64,000 nt of DNA from the NCBI GenBank assembly GCA_963675665.1, contig OY776510.1, positions 3,552,001 to 3,616,000 on the forward strand, read 5' to 3'. This stretch comes from Spirochaetia bacterium. Its GTDB lineage: Bacteria; Spirochaetota; Spirochaetia; UBA9216. Positions 38,108 through 49,189 of this stretch are shown here, piece by piece (positions within the stretch are counted from its first letter, which is position 1; the number at the start of each line of letters is the position of its first letter). Under the pieces are notes generated by a model. That model was not told the DNA's origin. It searched no databases and was given only the letters and a program-made list of their open reading frames with translations. A program made the position numbers and the translations under genes.

Positions 38108-38374
38108 ATGTTAGCAAAAGAAGCAAAACAGGAAATCATTACAGAATTTGGTCTTAATGATAAAGATACAGGCTCTACCGAGGTTCAGATAGCCTTATTA
38201 ACGGCTCGTATTCAGGATCTTACAGAGCATTTTAAATTTCATAAAAAGGATCACAGCTCAAGACGTGGTCTTCTCAAACTTGTAGGACAGAGAAGAACCC
38301 TTCTTAAATATCTAAAGAAAAAGGATCTTGATTCATACAGAGCTATTCTCAAGAAACTGAATCTCAGAAAGTAA
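38108..38374 (+). CDS. rpsO: 30S ribosomal protein S15
   Basis: [32 protein letters not shown]. Confidence 0.99.
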   Translation: MLAKEAKQEIITEFGLNDKDTGSTEVQIALLTARIQDLTEHFKFHKKDHSSRRGLLKLVGQRRTLLKYLKKKDLDSYRAILKKLNLRK

Positions 38375-38392
38375 ATAATACAGGGAAAATAT

Positions 38393-40492
38393 ATGATAAA
38401 TACAGTAAGTCTGGAAATTGAAGGGAAGGTACTGGTTCTTGAAACCGGAAAAATGGCAAAACAGGCAAACGGAGCAGTGTTTGCGACCTATGGAGGTTCG
38501 TCTGTTCTCGCAACAGCCTGTTGCGGCGATAAACCGGTTGAAGGCCTTGATTACGTTCCGCTGCAGGTCGAGTATAATGAAAAATATTATGCTGCCGGTA
38601 AAATTCCGGGCGGATTTTTAAAAAGGGAAGGCAGACCTAAAGATAAGGAGATTCTTGTCTCAAGACTTATCGACAGGCCCATGCGACCCTTGTTTCACAA
38701 GTCTTTCGGCCGTGAAATACAGGTAATTCCGACAGTCATTTCTTCCGATCAGGAAAACACCCCCGACGTAATAGCAATGATAGCATCATTCGCCGCCGTC
38801 AGCATCTCCGACATCCCCTTTGAGGGCCCTGTCGGCGCAGTACGAGTCTGCTATATCGATGGCGAATACGTAGTCAACCCGACTTTTCAGCAGATTGAAT
38901 CTTCGGCCCTTGAAATTGTAGTCGCCGGCTCCGAAGAAGGAATCACAATGGTTGAAGGCGGAGCCAGGGAAGTTTCTGAAGAAATACTTCTTACCGCAAT
39001 TGACAAAGCAAAAAAAATCATAGACGCAATGTGTCTTGTTCAGCGCGAACTTGTTGATAAATGCGGAAAAGAAAAACTTCCGTTAACCGACAGCAGCCTT
39101 GTTCTTGAGAACAGGGACGAAATATACAACGATGTTTATCCGAAGCTTGAAGAAGCCTGTTTCGTTAAAGGCAAACATATACGTCATAAAGCCATAAAGG
39201 ACGTTATTTCTTCAGCAAAAGACAAATATTGCGGCGAGATGTCCGATGAGCAGCTTAAACTGTTCGACGCTCTCATGGAAGAGATTGAGTATGTCATAGT
39301 CAGAAAGTCCATTCTTGAAAACAAGCTTAGAACCGACGGCCGTGGGCCCGAAGACATCAGGGCAATTACATGTGAAATTGGAATACTTTCAAGAACGCAC
39401 GGAAGCGCTCTCTTCACCCGCGGTGAAACCCAGTCCCTAGGTGTAACAACTCTCGGAACAGTCTTTGATGAGCAGATGATTGACGATATCGACAGCGAAA
39501 AACGATATTCCAACTTCATGCTTCATTATAACTTTCCTCCGTTTTCAGTAGGCGAATGCGGACGGCTTAGCACCGGAAGACGTGAGATTGGTCACGGACA
39601 CCTTGCTCAGCGTGCTTTGGCGGCAATGCTTCCTTCCAAAGAAGAATTTCCGTATACAATCAGGGTTGTTTCAGAAATTCTTGAGTCCAACGGTTCTTCA
39701 TCAATGGCTACAGTCTGTTCCGGAACACTTTCGCTGTTAAATGCAGGCGTACCTATTAAGAAACCGGTTGCCGGTATAGCTATGGGTCTTATAACTGATA
39801 ACGAAAACACCGTTGTTCTTTCCGATATTCTCGGGGAAGAAGATCACCTCGGCGACATGGACTTCAAGGTCTGTGGAACCGAAGAAGGTATCACCGCGTT
39901 TCAGATGGACATCAAAATTTCCGGCGTCAGTTCTGAAATCATGAAAACAGCTCTGGAACAGGCCAGAAAAGGACGTTTGCATATACTCGGAATAATGAAT
40001 GAAACAATCAGCAAACCTAGCGTCAGCGTTTCCGAATTTGCCCCGCGAATCGTAACAATAACTATTCCTGAAGACAAAATCGGTGCTGTAATAGGACAGG
40101 GCGGAAAGACAATAAAAACCCTTTCTGAACGTTTCGATGTTAATATCAACATTGAACAGGACGGGTCAACTACTGTCTACGGAAAAAACAAAGCTTCGGC
40201 CGATGAAGCGCTTGCTGCAATCAAGGGCCTTGTTGAAGACCCCGAAGTCGGTACAATATATACAGGAACAGTAAAACGTATCGTGGATTTCGGTGCATTC
40301 GTTGAATTCCTTCCGGGCAAAGAAGGGCTTTGTCACATTTCACGGCTTTCACGCAAAAGGATCAATAAAGTTGATGATGTTCTCAAAATGAACCAGGAAA
40401 TTCCTGTAAAGATTATTGAAATCGACAGAATGGGAAGAATCAACCTCAGCTACATCGAAGCTGTTGAGGATCTTGAAAAAGAAAAGAAATAA
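38393..40492 (+). CDS. pnp: Polyribonucleotide nucleotidyltransferase
   Basis: [40 protein letters not shown] and S1 domains. Confidence 0.99.
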   Translation: MINTVSLEIEGKVLVLETGKMAKQANGAVFATYGGSSVLATACCGDKPVEGLDYVPLQVEYNEKYYAAGKIPGGFLKREGRPKDKEILVSRLIDRPMRPLFHKSFGREIQVIPTVISSDQENTPDVIAMIASFAAVSISDIPFEGPVGAVRVCYIDGEYVVNPTFQQIESSALEIVVAGSEEGITMVEGGAREVSEEILLTAIDKAKKIIDAMCLVQRELVDKCGKEKLPLTDSSLVLENRDEIYNDVYPKLEEACFVKGKHIRHKAIKDVISSAKDKYCGEMSDEQLKLFDALMEEIEYVIVRKSILENKLRTDGRGPEDIRAITCEIGILSRTHGSALFTRGETQSLGVTTLGTVFDEQMIDDIDSEKRYSNFMLHYNFPPFSVGECGRLSTGRREIGHGHLAQRALAAMLPSKEEFPYTIRVVSEILESNGSSSMATVCSGTLSLLNAGVPIKKPVAGIAMGLITDNENTVVLSDILGEEDHLGDMDFKVCGTEEGITAFQMDIKISGVSSEIMKTALEQARKGRLHILGIMNETISKPSVSVSEFAPRIVTITIPEDKIGAVIGQGGKTIKTLSERFDVNINIEQDGSTTVYGKNKASADEALAAIKGLVEDPEVGTIYTGTVKRIVDFGAFVEFLPGKEGLCHISRLSRKRINKVDDVLKMNQEIPVKIIEIDRMGRINLSYIEAVEDLEKEKK

Positions 40493-40518
40493 GCTGTTTT
40501 TACTATAAAATAATTTAC

Positions 40519-40553
40519 GCCCGGTGTATTATATTTACACCGGGTATTTTTTT
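40519..40553 (+). terminator. Rho-independent terminator after pnp
   Basis: GCCCGGTGTA-TTATATT-TACACCGGGT followed by ATTTTTTT. Confidence 0.85.
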
Positions 40554-40575
40554 AAAAAAGGAGCTATAATCTCAA

Positions 40576-41019
40576 ATGCAGAAAATATTGGTACATTATA
40601 AAAGTAATTCCGACCTTGAACCGGTTTATTCTTCCGAATCAGCAAGCGGAGCGGATCTTAAAGCTGACATTTCCGAAGAAATCATAATAAAAACCGGCAA
40701 AACGGAAATTGTTCCGACCGGAATATTTCTTGAAATACCGCCGGGATACGAAGGTCAGGTAAGACCCCGGTCCGGCCTGGCCGCACGTTCGGGGATCACC
40801 GTTTTGAATACTCCCGGAACAATTGACGCCGACTATCGTGGCGAGGTTAAGGTTATTCTTATCAACCTGGGAAACGAAGATTTTGTGATCAATCGCGGAG
40901 ACAGAATTGCCCAGCTTGTATTCTGCCCGGTTGTAAGAGCACAGTTTGAAAAATCGATTGAATTAAGCGATTCGCTTAGGGGCAGCGGAGGGTTCGGTTC
41001 TACAGGAATCAGCGGCTGA
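40576..41019 (+). CDS. dut: dUTP diphosphatase (trimeric)
   Basis: SGADL, VRPRSGLA, PGTIDADYRGE, DRIAQLV, RGSGGFGSTG. Confidence 0.97.
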   Translation: MQKILVHYKSNSDLEPVYSSESASGADLKADISEEIIIKTGKTEIVPTGIFLEIPPGYEGQVRPRSGLAARSGITVLNTPGTIDADYRGEVKVILINLGNEDFVINRGDRIAQLVFCPVVRAQFEKSIELSDSLRGSGGFGSTGISG

Positions 41020-41026
41020 AATCAAA

Positions 41027-42295
41027 GTGACGCGCAGATTTACAGAAATATATAAATATACGGCAGGAGAGTTTCTCTTTTCTTTTCTGGTTGCCTTCCT
41101 GTTCTTCTTTTTCATTTTTTTTGTGAATCAGATTCTTCTCATCGCCGAAGAAATTCTTTCCAAGAATATAAGGATAATGGCTGTTCTTAAACTTCTGTTT
41201 TACTCTTTACCGTCGATAGTTTCATTTGCATTTCCCTTCGGAGCGCTTGTAGGCGCACTGATGGCCATCGGCAGACTCTCTTCCGACAATGAAGTTCTTG
41301 CCATGCAGGCCTGCGGTATTCCTCATTTCAGAATTTTTCTGCCTCTTGCTGTTCTGGGTATAATTTTTTCCGCCGGCAGTTTCATCATCAATGATATTTT
41401 TCTGCCTCTTGGAACTATAAAGTTCGGACAGTTATACCGTGAAATACTCTATTCAAATCCCGAACTTGAACTATCTCCATATTCCATCAAACGATATCAG
41501 AGCAGCACGATAATTACCGGCAATATTGATAATAACATTATTTCCGATCTGATAATCATTGATAAAACCACTGAAAAAGACAAACGTATAATTCTTGCGG
41601 ATTCTGCTTCACTCAATAAGCTCGAGGAACAAAGCGGCGTTATTTCACTTGATCTTGACAACGTATTTATCCAGACTTTTAACAAGCAGAAAAAAAATGA
41701 TTTCAATTATCTTTCATCTGAAACAATGACCTATAATATACTTCTCAGAGACATCTCTTTTTCAATGAGATCGCCCGGACCACGGGAAATGAGTTCGGTT
41801 GATGTTAAAACAGAAATCGATAACAAGCAGGCTATTTTAGACCAGAAAAATACTTCAAACTTAAAAAAAGCCGATCAGGCGGCTTTTAACATAATGTCGG
41901 AATATTATTATCAGAGTACATTGCCCGTTTCTTCAAGAGATTATTCTTTTATTCTTTCAAGTTATGAGGATTATATCAACCGGCTCGAAAAACAGTCCGG
42001 AGACCGATCGCTTCAGATTTATCTTGTAGAATACTGGAAAAAATTCTCACTGCCTTTTTCCTGTTTTGTTTTCGTGCTGTTTGCTTTTCCTGTAGGATTA
42101 TTCACGAAACGCAGCGGAAGATCCGTCGGTTTCGGAGTAGGGCTTCTGGTTGCTGTTGCTTACTGGGGCCTGCTTTTTGCAGGGCAGACTTTCGGAATAC
42201 AGAATAACTCTTCTGCAGCTCTTGCAATGTGGATGCCCGATATTATAATAGCCGCAGCGGCTTTGATTTCAGCATTAATAAGGTTCAGGCAGTAA
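41027..42295 (+). CDS. lptF: LptF/LptG family permease
   Basis: GRLSSDNEVLAMQACG; 3 TM, periplasmic domain, 3 TM. Confidence 0.85.
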   Translation: MTRRFTEIYKYTAGEFLFSFLVAFLFFFFIFFVNQILLIAEEILSKNIRIMAVLKLLFYSLPSIVSFAFPFGALVGALMAIGRLSSDNEVLAMQACGIPHFRIFLPLAVLGIIFSAGSFIINDIFLPLGTIKFGQLYREILYSNPELELSPYSIKRYQSSTIITGNIDNNIISDLIIIDKTTEKDKRIILADSASLNKLEEQSGVISLDLDNVFIQTFNKQKKNDFNYLSSETMTYNILLRDISFSMRSPGPREMSSVDVKTEIDNKQAILDQKNTSNLKKADQAAFNIMSEYYYQSTLPVSSRDYSFILSSYEDYINRLEKQSGDRSLQIYLVEYWKKFSLPFSCFVFVLFAFPVGLFTKRSGRSVGFGVGLLVAVAYWGLLFAGQTFGIQNNSSAALAMWMPDIIIAAAALISALIRFRQ

Positions 42296-42298
42296 AAT

Positions 42299-43387
42299 AT
42301 GTTTAAGACAATCGACCGAATGATAGTAAAACAGTTTCTCCCTACTTTTCTTATGGCCGTTCTGTTTTTTGTCCTGATACTCGAAATGGTAGATCTCTTC
42401 GCTAATCTATGGCGTTATATTCAGAATGAAGTTACAATTTTTCAGATGATGCAGGTATTTTTGTATTATATCCCAAAATGTATAAGTTTCTCTCTCCCGA
42501 TGGCCCTGCTGTTCGCCGTATCCTATACGCTTGGAAATTATTACGCGAACAACGAATTAATCGCAATTTTCGGATCCGGAATTTCCTTATTCCGTTTTGT
42601 CAGTTCACTTGTATTATTCGGGCTGCTAATCAGTTTCGGTTCGTTTCTTTTTGAGGAACAAGTTGTAATTGATACCTACAAGATTAAAAATGAGCTTTCC
42701 AACCAGCTCCTCAGGCAGAGTCAAAGTCTGAATAACAACAATCCGACGGTGATTGATCAGAACGGCAGAATAATTTACAGTGCTGATTTCTATAACGATC
42801 GTGATATAACCCTTTCCAATATCATCGTTATCGAAAAAAACTCCGATACTACACTTAAACAGACGCTTAATGCGGAATGGGCGGAATGGAATGCTGAAAA
42901 ATATCTCTGGGAATTTCACCGTTGCCGCCGATATTTCTATAATAGTGACAGCGGTTTTTATGATTTGGAATACTATGATTTATATTCAAATCCTGATTTG
43001 AATACCGATCCTTTTACTTTCAGAAAAGTCGTACGAAATGTCGACGAAATGAAGATTTTAGATGCAAAACAATGGATTTCCGCCCTCAGGAAAGCAGGGC
43101 TTCCGTATGCCGAATCGCTGACTGCTTATTATAAACGTTTCTCGTTTGCTTTTACACCTTTTATTGTCTGCCTCCTGTCAAGCGCAGTAGGGGGAAGATT
43201 CCGAAAAAATATTCTTTTAATGAGCCTGCTTACAAGCCTTGTTATTTCAGTTGTTTACTATGTTATGCAGATGGTATTTACCATCCTTGCCAATCTGGGT
43301 TATATTTCTCCGGCAGCGGGGGCATGGATACCTTTCCTGTTCTTCAGTATAGTCGGTTACTTTCTTTACAGACTTGCCCACGCTTAA
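42299..43387 (+). CDS. lptG: LptF/LptG family permease
   Basis: NNELIAIFGSGIS, ISPAAGAWIP; paired with the upstream paralog. Confidence 0.85.
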   Translation: MFKTIDRMIVKQFLPTFLMAVLFFVLILEMVDLFANLWRYIQNEVTIFQMMQVFLYYIPKCISFSLPMALLFAVSYTLGNYYANNELIAIFGSGISLFRFVSSLVLFGLLISFGSFLFEEQVVIDTYKIKNELSNQLLRQSQSLNNNNPTVIDQNGRIIYSADFYNDRDITLSNIIVIEKNSDTTLKQTLNAEWAEWNAEKYLWEFHRCRRYFYNSDSGFYDLEYYDLYSNPDLNTDPFTFRKVVRNVDEMKILDAKQWISALRKAGLPYAESLTAYYKRFSFAFTPFIVCLLSSAVGGRFRKNILLMSLLTSLVISVVYYVMQMVFTILANLGYISPAAGAWIPFLFFSIVGYFLYRLAHA

Positions 43388-43401
43388 TCAAGGAGCTGAT
43401 T

Positions 43402-44544
43402 TTGATATTTAACATAACGGGAAAAGACAACGAAACATCCGCCCGAAACGGTATTCTTGAATTGCCTCATGGTAATCTCGATACCCCTGTATTTATGCCG
43501 GTAGGGACAAATGCAACAGTAAAGGGTCTTCACCATGAAAGTATTGATAAAATCGGATTTAAACTCATACTTGCAAATACCTATCATCTGTATCTTCGTC
43601 CAGGCGTTGAGCTTATAGATGAATTTGAAGGAATTCATAAATTCAGCAACTGGAAACATAATATTTTGACGGACAGCGGCGGATTTCAGGTTTTTTCGCT
43701 TGCCCCGTTTCGAAAAATAAAGGAAGAGGGCGTTTATTTCCGCTCTCATATTGACGGCTCATACCATACCCTGACTCCGGAAAAAGTTGTACAGCTTCAG
43801 AAAGCTTTCCGAAGCGATATTATGATGCAGCTTGACGTCTGTACACCGCCAGAAATTACCTACAGAAAAGCCCTTGAGGCTCTTGAGCTGACTACCAGAT
43901 GGGCACAACGAAGCCGTACTGAATGGTTAAAGGAAACTCCCGGTTACGAGGGTTCTCTCTTCGGCATCGTTCAGGGCAATTTTTACAAAGATCTTCGCAA
44001 ACGCAGCGCGGAAGAAATAATCAGCCTTGATTTGCCGGGTATAGCCATAGGAGGACTTTCAGTAGGCGAAGAATACTCTCAGTTTACCGATTTCCTCGCG
44101 TTCACCGCGCAGTTGCTGCCTGAAAATAAACCGCGCTATCTGATGGGTATAGGCACTCCGGAATACATCCTTGATGCGGTGGAAAACGGTATAGATCTCT
44201 TCGACTGTGTTCTTCCAACCCGAATCGCGCGGAACAGCACCGTATTTACCCCGGAAGGCACCATATCACTTAAAAAAGCAAAATTTTCGTCATCTCATGA
44301 TCCTATAGTGAAAGGCTGCGGTTGTCACGCCTGTCGCAATTATTCACGCGCTTATCTAAGACATCTTTTCAAGGCTGGTGAAATGCTCGGACCCATGCTC
44401 GCTTCGGAACATAACCTTTATTTTCTACATAACATGATGAAGGAAATCCGTGAAAGTATAAAAGAAGGAAATTTCAGGAAATATAAAAATAATTTTCTGA
44501 AACAATACAATTCAGCCGGTTCCACCGGAAAGGCCGGGATTTAA
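43402..44544 (+). CDS. tgt: tRNA-guanine transglycosylase
   Basis: TPVFMPVGT, NTYHL, LTDSGGFQ, GIVQG, FDCVLPTR, CxCxxC..H zinc site; start TTG 43402 after SD AAGGAG. Confidence 0.97.
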   Translation: MIFNITGKDNETSARNGILELPHGNLDTPVFMPVGTNATVKGLHHESIDKIGFKLILANTYHLYLRPGVELIDEFEGIHKFSNWKHNILTDSGGFQVFSLAPFRKIKEEGVYFRSHIDGSYHTLTPEKVVQLQKAFRSDIMMQLDVCTPPEITYRKALEALELTTRWAQRSRTEWLKETPGYEGSLFGIVQGNFYKDLRKRSAEEIISLDLPGIAIGGLSVGEEYSQFTDFLAFTAQLLPENKPRYLMGIGTPEYILDAVENGIDLFDCVLPTRIARNSTVFTPEGTISLKKAKFSSSHDPIVKGCGCHACRNYSRAYLRHLFKAGEMLGPMLASEHNLYFLHNMMKEIRESIKEGNFRKYKNNFLKQYNSAGSTGKAGI

Positions 44545-44546
44545 AA

Positions 44547-46100
44547 GTGGGAGAAAAGAATACTGCAAAATCCACAGTAATAGTTATGATGTGTACCCTG
44601 ATTTCCCGTATTCTGGGCTTTGTCAGAATTGCTGTAATATCAGCTGTATTCGGAGCCGGGGGCAAGGCAGATGTAATAAACCTTACATTTTCAATTCCGA
44701 ATAATCTGCGCAAACTTTCAGCAGAGGGAGCTCTATCATCAGCATTTATACCTGTATTATCAAAATCGATAGCCAAAACTGGTGCAAAAAACGAACCGGT
44801 AAAAATCGTAAGAAATCTTATAGCGTTTCAATTACTGCTGCTGATTCCATTGTGCCTTGTCTGTATTATCTTTTCGGAACCCCTTATACGGATTGTTCTT
44901 TCAGAATTTACTTCCCCGTGGCAGCTTGAAATGTCTTCTGATTTGTTTAAATGGTTTATAAACTACCTTTTATTCATCAGCATAAGCGCAGTTATAATGG
45001 GCGCTCTGAACTCTTCAGGTCATTTCCTTATTCCTGCAGTTACTCCCATTCTTTTTTCAGTCTGTGTAATAAGTTCGATTCTTTTTCTACACAAAAGTCT
45101 CGGGGTATTTTCAATGGCTGTAGGCGTTTTAGCCGGCGGGACCGCCCAGATTTTATTTCAGGTTCCGGTTTTCCGTAAATACGGTTTTGATCTTAAACCT
45201 GATTTCTCATTCAGGAATGAACATTTCAAAACCATTATCAAACTGTGGCTTCCGGTTCTCGCAACAAGCTCAATTCTTACTATAACACAGACGATAGCTT
45301 TCAGATTTGCTTCAGGTCTGGCTGAAGGCAGTACTTCAGCGCTGACCTATGCAATAGTATACTGGCAGTTTCCTTACGGTATTTTTTCCGCTTCCATATC
45401 CACTGTTCTTTTTCCGCGGATGGCACGCCAAATCGGCCTTAATGATACCGGAGGGCTGCGTGACACCATACAATACGGAATACGGTATCTTGCCGTGCTT
45501 CTTGTTCCTTCCGCAATTTTTCTATCACTGTTCGGTCATGAGATAATAAGCGTTACCATTCAGAGAGGCCAGTTTACTGCCGAAAATACGAATATGACTG
45601 CCAATGTTTTATCAGCATACAGCCTTGGTCTCTTCAGTACAGGAGCCTATAATTTCCTGCAGAGATACTACTACTCGGCGGGAAACTATCGTATACCTTT
45701 TATTGTCACATCTTTTGTTGCCGTCCTTGATATAGTACTGTCCGTCTGGCTGAAACAAACGTTTCTGGGCGTAAGCGGACTTGCAATAGCCAATACGGCA
45801 GCGTTTACGGCAGGCCTGATTTTTTTATTACTGCTTGTCCGAAAAGAACTCGGCTTTTTCGGTGGACGGAAAATCATTGTAACTTTTATAAAAATAGCCG
45901 TTTCAATGATACCTTTTATTGTATTTCTTTTAATTCTGCGAAATTTCACCGGAAACTGGTGGCAAAACGGAAGCAGCATCTCAAACCTTATTCTTCTTGC
46001 TGTCGGATTTGCCGTAAGCTGCATTCTTATACTTTCCATGTATAAAATACTTAAAATTGAGATGATTGATGATATATTCAAAAAAAGAGGCGCCCGGTAA
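44547..46100 (+). CDS. murJ: Lipid II flippase MurJ
   Basis: SRILGFVR, IPNNLRKLSAEGALSSAFIPV, about 14 TM. Confidence 0.95.
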   Translation: MGEKNTAKSTVIVMMCTLISRILGFVRIAVISAVFGAGGKADVINLTFSIPNNLRKLSAEGALSSAFIPVLSKSIAKTGAKNEPVKIVRNLIAFQLLLLIPLCLVCIIFSEPLIRIVLSEFTSPWQLEMSSDLFKWFINYLLFISISAVIMGALNSSGHFLIPAVTPILFSVCVISSILFLHKSLGVFSMAVGVLAGGTAQILFQVPVFRKYGFDLKPDFSFRNEHFKTIIKLWLPVLATSSILTITQTIAFRFASGLAEGSTSALTYAIVYWQFPYGIFSASISTVLFPRMARQIGLNDTGGLRDTIQYGIRYLAVLLVPSAIFLSLFGHEIISVTIQRGQFTAENTNMTANVLSAYSLGLFSTGAYNFLQRYYYSAGNYRIPFIVTSFVAVLDIVLSVWLKQTFLGVSGLAIANTAAFTAGLIFLLLLVRKELGFFGGRKIIVTFIKIAVSMIPFIVFLLILRNFTGNWWQNGSSISNLILLAVGFAVSCILILSMYKILKIEMIDDIFKKRGAR

Positions 46101-47438
46101 ATGAAAATCATTAATTTTATTTTTATTTTTATAATTTCTTTTTCCGGGCTGTTTCCCTTAATCGCCGAAGAATCTGAGGATATTCAATCGCTTACGAAAG
46201 AACGCGAAGACATTCTTCGTTACGGAATTGATTCAGAAGTTATTGCCTTGATTAATACTCTTGAAGATGAAGAAGATGTTAATCTTGCGGATATAATTGC
46301 GGAAGTATATGATAATTCCCTCAATTCTTCAGTTCTTGATGCTGCTGTTAATTATTTCATCAAGATAGAATATTCAGATGCTTATGAATCGGCGGAAAAC
46401 AGGATCAAAAACTGGGAAGACATTGATTACAGCACTCTTACATCCTCCCTGCGTTATATCTCAACATTTTACCGCGACGATACCGAAACACTTATACTTC
46501 CGCTTGTTGACCACGACAGTAAAATACTTGCGTCGTCCGCATTAACCGCACTCGGTAAATGCGGAACTGAAAAATCAGCTGACACTCTTTTGGATTATCT
46601 GGATGACGATGATTATCCCGAAGAACTGAAACCCACCATCATAAAATCACTTGGAGAAATGAAATCCGAAAAAGCTATTTATATTCTGCTGGATATTCTT
46701 GAAGATGTTGATGAAGAAAAATCCTGGCGCTGGAATGCATGCGAGGCGCTCGGTAAAATTGCTGATAAAGAGACTCTTCCTGTTATCACAAAGGCGCTTC
46801 AGGACAACGATACGTACCTTCGGGCCTACGCTGTTAAAGCTCTTACGGCATTTGATGACGAAAGCGTTGAAGATACGCTGATACAATCTCTTCGTGATTC
46901 ATTCTGGAGGGTAAGGGTAAGCGCTGCTGAAGCCCTTGGCGAACGCGAAAGTAAAAAGTCAGTTGACATTCTTATTTACAAAGCCAAAAAAGATCCTGAA
47001 AATAATGTTAAACTTGCCGCTGTTGATGCTCTTGGAAAAATCGGAGGGCAGACTTCCATGGATTTCCTAAGAGATCTATACAAAAAAAATACAACTCCTC
47101 AATCGATCAGAACAAAGGCTGCTGAAATAATTATTGAAAATGATATTAATGATTCAATCGACTTCATCACTACTGTTCTCGCCGAAGAATGGGAAAAGGA
47201 TAATTCTGCTGTTCTGGGTTATACCTGTAAATTCCTCAGTAAAGCCGAACACGGCAGGCTTGAATCCCTGTTTGAACAGATGCTGAACCATAAAGACGTC
47301 GCCGTAAAAATTTACGGCATACGAGGAATCAGTTTAAATAAATTCACTTCACTTAAGGAACGAATTGAGGAGTTAACCAAAGAAGGTGTTAACAGCGCAG
47401 TCAGAAAAGCAGCGCTGTCGGCTTTAGAAGAACTCTGA
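46101..47438 (+). CDS. Exported HEAT-repeat protein
   Basis: Signal peptide, repeats of type VRVSAAEALG, VKLAAVDALG, LRAYAVKAL. Confidence 0.88.
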   Translation: MKIINFIFIFIISFSGLFPLIAEESEDIQSLTKEREDILRYGIDSEVIALINTLEDEEDVNLADIIAEVYDNSLNSSVLDAAVNYFIKIEYSDAYESAENRIKNWEDIDYSTLTSSLRYISTFYRDDTETLILPLVDHDSKILASSALTALGKCGTEKSADTLLDYLDDDDYPEELKPTIIKSLGEMKSEKAIYILLDILEDVDEEKSWRWNACEALGKIADKETLPVITKALQDNDTYLRAYAVKALTAFDDESVEDTLIQSLRDSFWRVRVSAAEALGERESKKSVDILIYKAKKDPENNVKLAAVDALGKIGGQTSMDFLRDLYKKNTTPQSIRTKAAEIIIENDINDSIDFITTVLAEEWEKDNSAVLGYTCKFLSKAEHGRLESLFEQMLNHKDVAVKIYGIRGISLNKFTSLKERIEELTKEGVNSAVRKAALSALEEL

Positions 47439-47454
47439 CTAATGCTTAATGCTC

Positions 47455-49170
47455 TTAGTAGTCGAAATCTGGAGACCCCGGATGTTTGGTCATTGTCAGA
47501 AGTCTGTTCAGTCTTTCAAGTTCTGAAATCCACTGTCTGAATTCAATATAAAAAAGTTTACCCTCAGGAGTGACTATCTTTATCTTTTTATAAAGACATT
47601 CATGAAGCGGCTCTTTAAGTTCGGGAAAGTATTCTTTCTCAACAGGATAAAAAATAAAATTTTTACCTGTACATTCAATCTCAGCCAAAACATGAGGAAC
47701 CTTAATAAAGAAAATACGAAATGCAGCCGATGCCGAACTTCCAATTACACGACGTTTTTTCAGTCCCAGCCATTTCACATTAATAATTCCCAGCTTGGTA
47801 TTCTGCCCGAATACATGCATTTGAACCGGTCTGTTCTTTTTATTGATGTAATAGGAATTAGCAGCAGCTGAGCTTCCGGATGTTATAAAAATCTCTTCAG
47901 GTTCATGACGTTTTGTCAATTTCTGTTCATCTGTGTCATTAGGTTTCTTTATTCCTTCGACAACTTCTTTTTCATCCTCAGTAACAGAAGCGGCTGCCGG
48001 AATAAGAATTCCTTCAACCGGTCGTCCGGACAAAGATTTCTTTATTATCAGTATTATTATTACGGCGACAGCTATTCCAATCAGCAATGCAATCACCCTC
48101 CAGTCGGTTACATACTTTAAAACCTTGTCAATTCCGCCTTTGGGTTGAAAATTATATCTTAAAACCAGTGTTTTGGGCTCGGTATCTATTCCGCCGACCA
48201 GTTTCAGCATAACCTCAGCCTGCTGCTCTCCGGTAACCTGATCTTCCGGAAGTTCCAGTTCGATAACAAGCACATCCGTCTCTTCTGGCCCTATATATAT
48301 CGATTCCTTGTTCCTGAGAAGATCAGTCTGCTGCTCAATAACTGCAGAAAGGCTGAACAAAAGAGCTTCATTTGATCTGTTCCTTATTGTTATCGGAACT
48401 TCCAGAGTACCGTTTGTTTCGCCCAGATGCCCTGGAATACTGATTTCAGGAATTCCCAAAACGATACCGGCCATATCGTTTTCATTTTTATCAAAAACGT
48501 TCGGTTCACTTCCGAGTGATTCGCTTACCGTATCAAGAACATTCACCGGTTCGGACTGTGTTTCGGTATAATCTCCGGAAGGTTCATCTGTTGCCTGTTT
48601 ATCGTCAACAAAATCATCCGCATCAGTTTCGTTTATTTCATCTTCCGATATCTCAACGATTGAAACATCCCATCCTTCACGATGGATGCTGTCGGATGCT
48701 TTTTTAACTTCCTCCCTGGTTTTTTCATCTCCGGAGTATAAATATGGACTGCCCGGCGGCGGATCATGAATACCGTCCGTCAGTATTACAATTTTCTTTT
48801 TATTGCTTAAAGGTAAATCAAGAGTATATTTATATAAAAATCTCAAAGCCAAAACGAGATCCGTGTAATTTCCCATCGGCTGCAATAAAGAAGAGTAGGC
48901 GAGTATCCCCTCGATATCTTCTTCATTTTTTATCTCTCTGGAAATTTCAACTTCAGGAAAATCGGCAAATGTTATCAGATTAAAGGTATCGCCGGGTCTC
49001 AGATGTTCTGATATTATCTTTTTCAGAAGTGAATCCTGGATCTGTTCATAATAGGGAAGTACACTAACGGAATTATCCAGAAGGACAATCATATCAACCC
49101 TTTCGGCACCGAAAACCGGTGTCGAAAGTATCATTACCAGGAAAAAAAACAGAATTATACTTTTTTTCAT
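47455..49170 (-). CDS. vWA-domain single-pass membrane protein
   Basis: Signal peptide, MIDAS DNSVS...T...ILTDG, Ig-like middle, TM, cytoplasmic tail. Confidence 0.85.
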   Translation of the reverse strand: MKKSIILFFFLVMILSTPVFGAERVDMIVLLDNSVSVLPYYEQIQDSLLKKIISEHLRPGDTFNLITFADFPEVEISREIKNEEDIEGILAYSSLLQPMGNYTDLVLALRFLYKYTLDLPLSNKKKIVILTDGIHDPPPGSPYLYSGDEKTREEVKKASDSIHREGWDVSIVEISEDEINETDADDFVDDKQATDEPSGDYTETQSEPVNVLDTVSESLGSEPNVFDKNENDMAGIVLGIPEISIPGHLGETNGTLEVPITIRNRSNEALLFSLSAVIEQQTDLLRNKESIYIGPEETDVLVIELELPEDQVTGEQQAEVMLKLVGGIDTEPKTLVLRYNFQPKGGIDKVLKYVTDWRVIALLIGIAVAVIIILIIKKSLSGRPVEGILIPAAASVTEDEKEVVEGIKKPNDTDEQKLTKRHEPEEIFITSGSSAAANSYYINKKNRPVQMHVFGQNTKLGIINVKWLGLKKRRVIGSSASAAFRIFFIKVPHVLAEIECTGKNFIFYPVEKEYFPELKEPLHECLYKKIKIVTPEGKLFYIEFRQWISELERLNRLLTMTKHPGSPDFDY

Positions 49171-49189
49171 TACAACTCCGATTATAAAT

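Noticed and set aside
19995-47438. tamB-bamA-skp-mutS...murJ supercluster as a novelty
   Set aside because: Matches the known conserved spirochaete gene order
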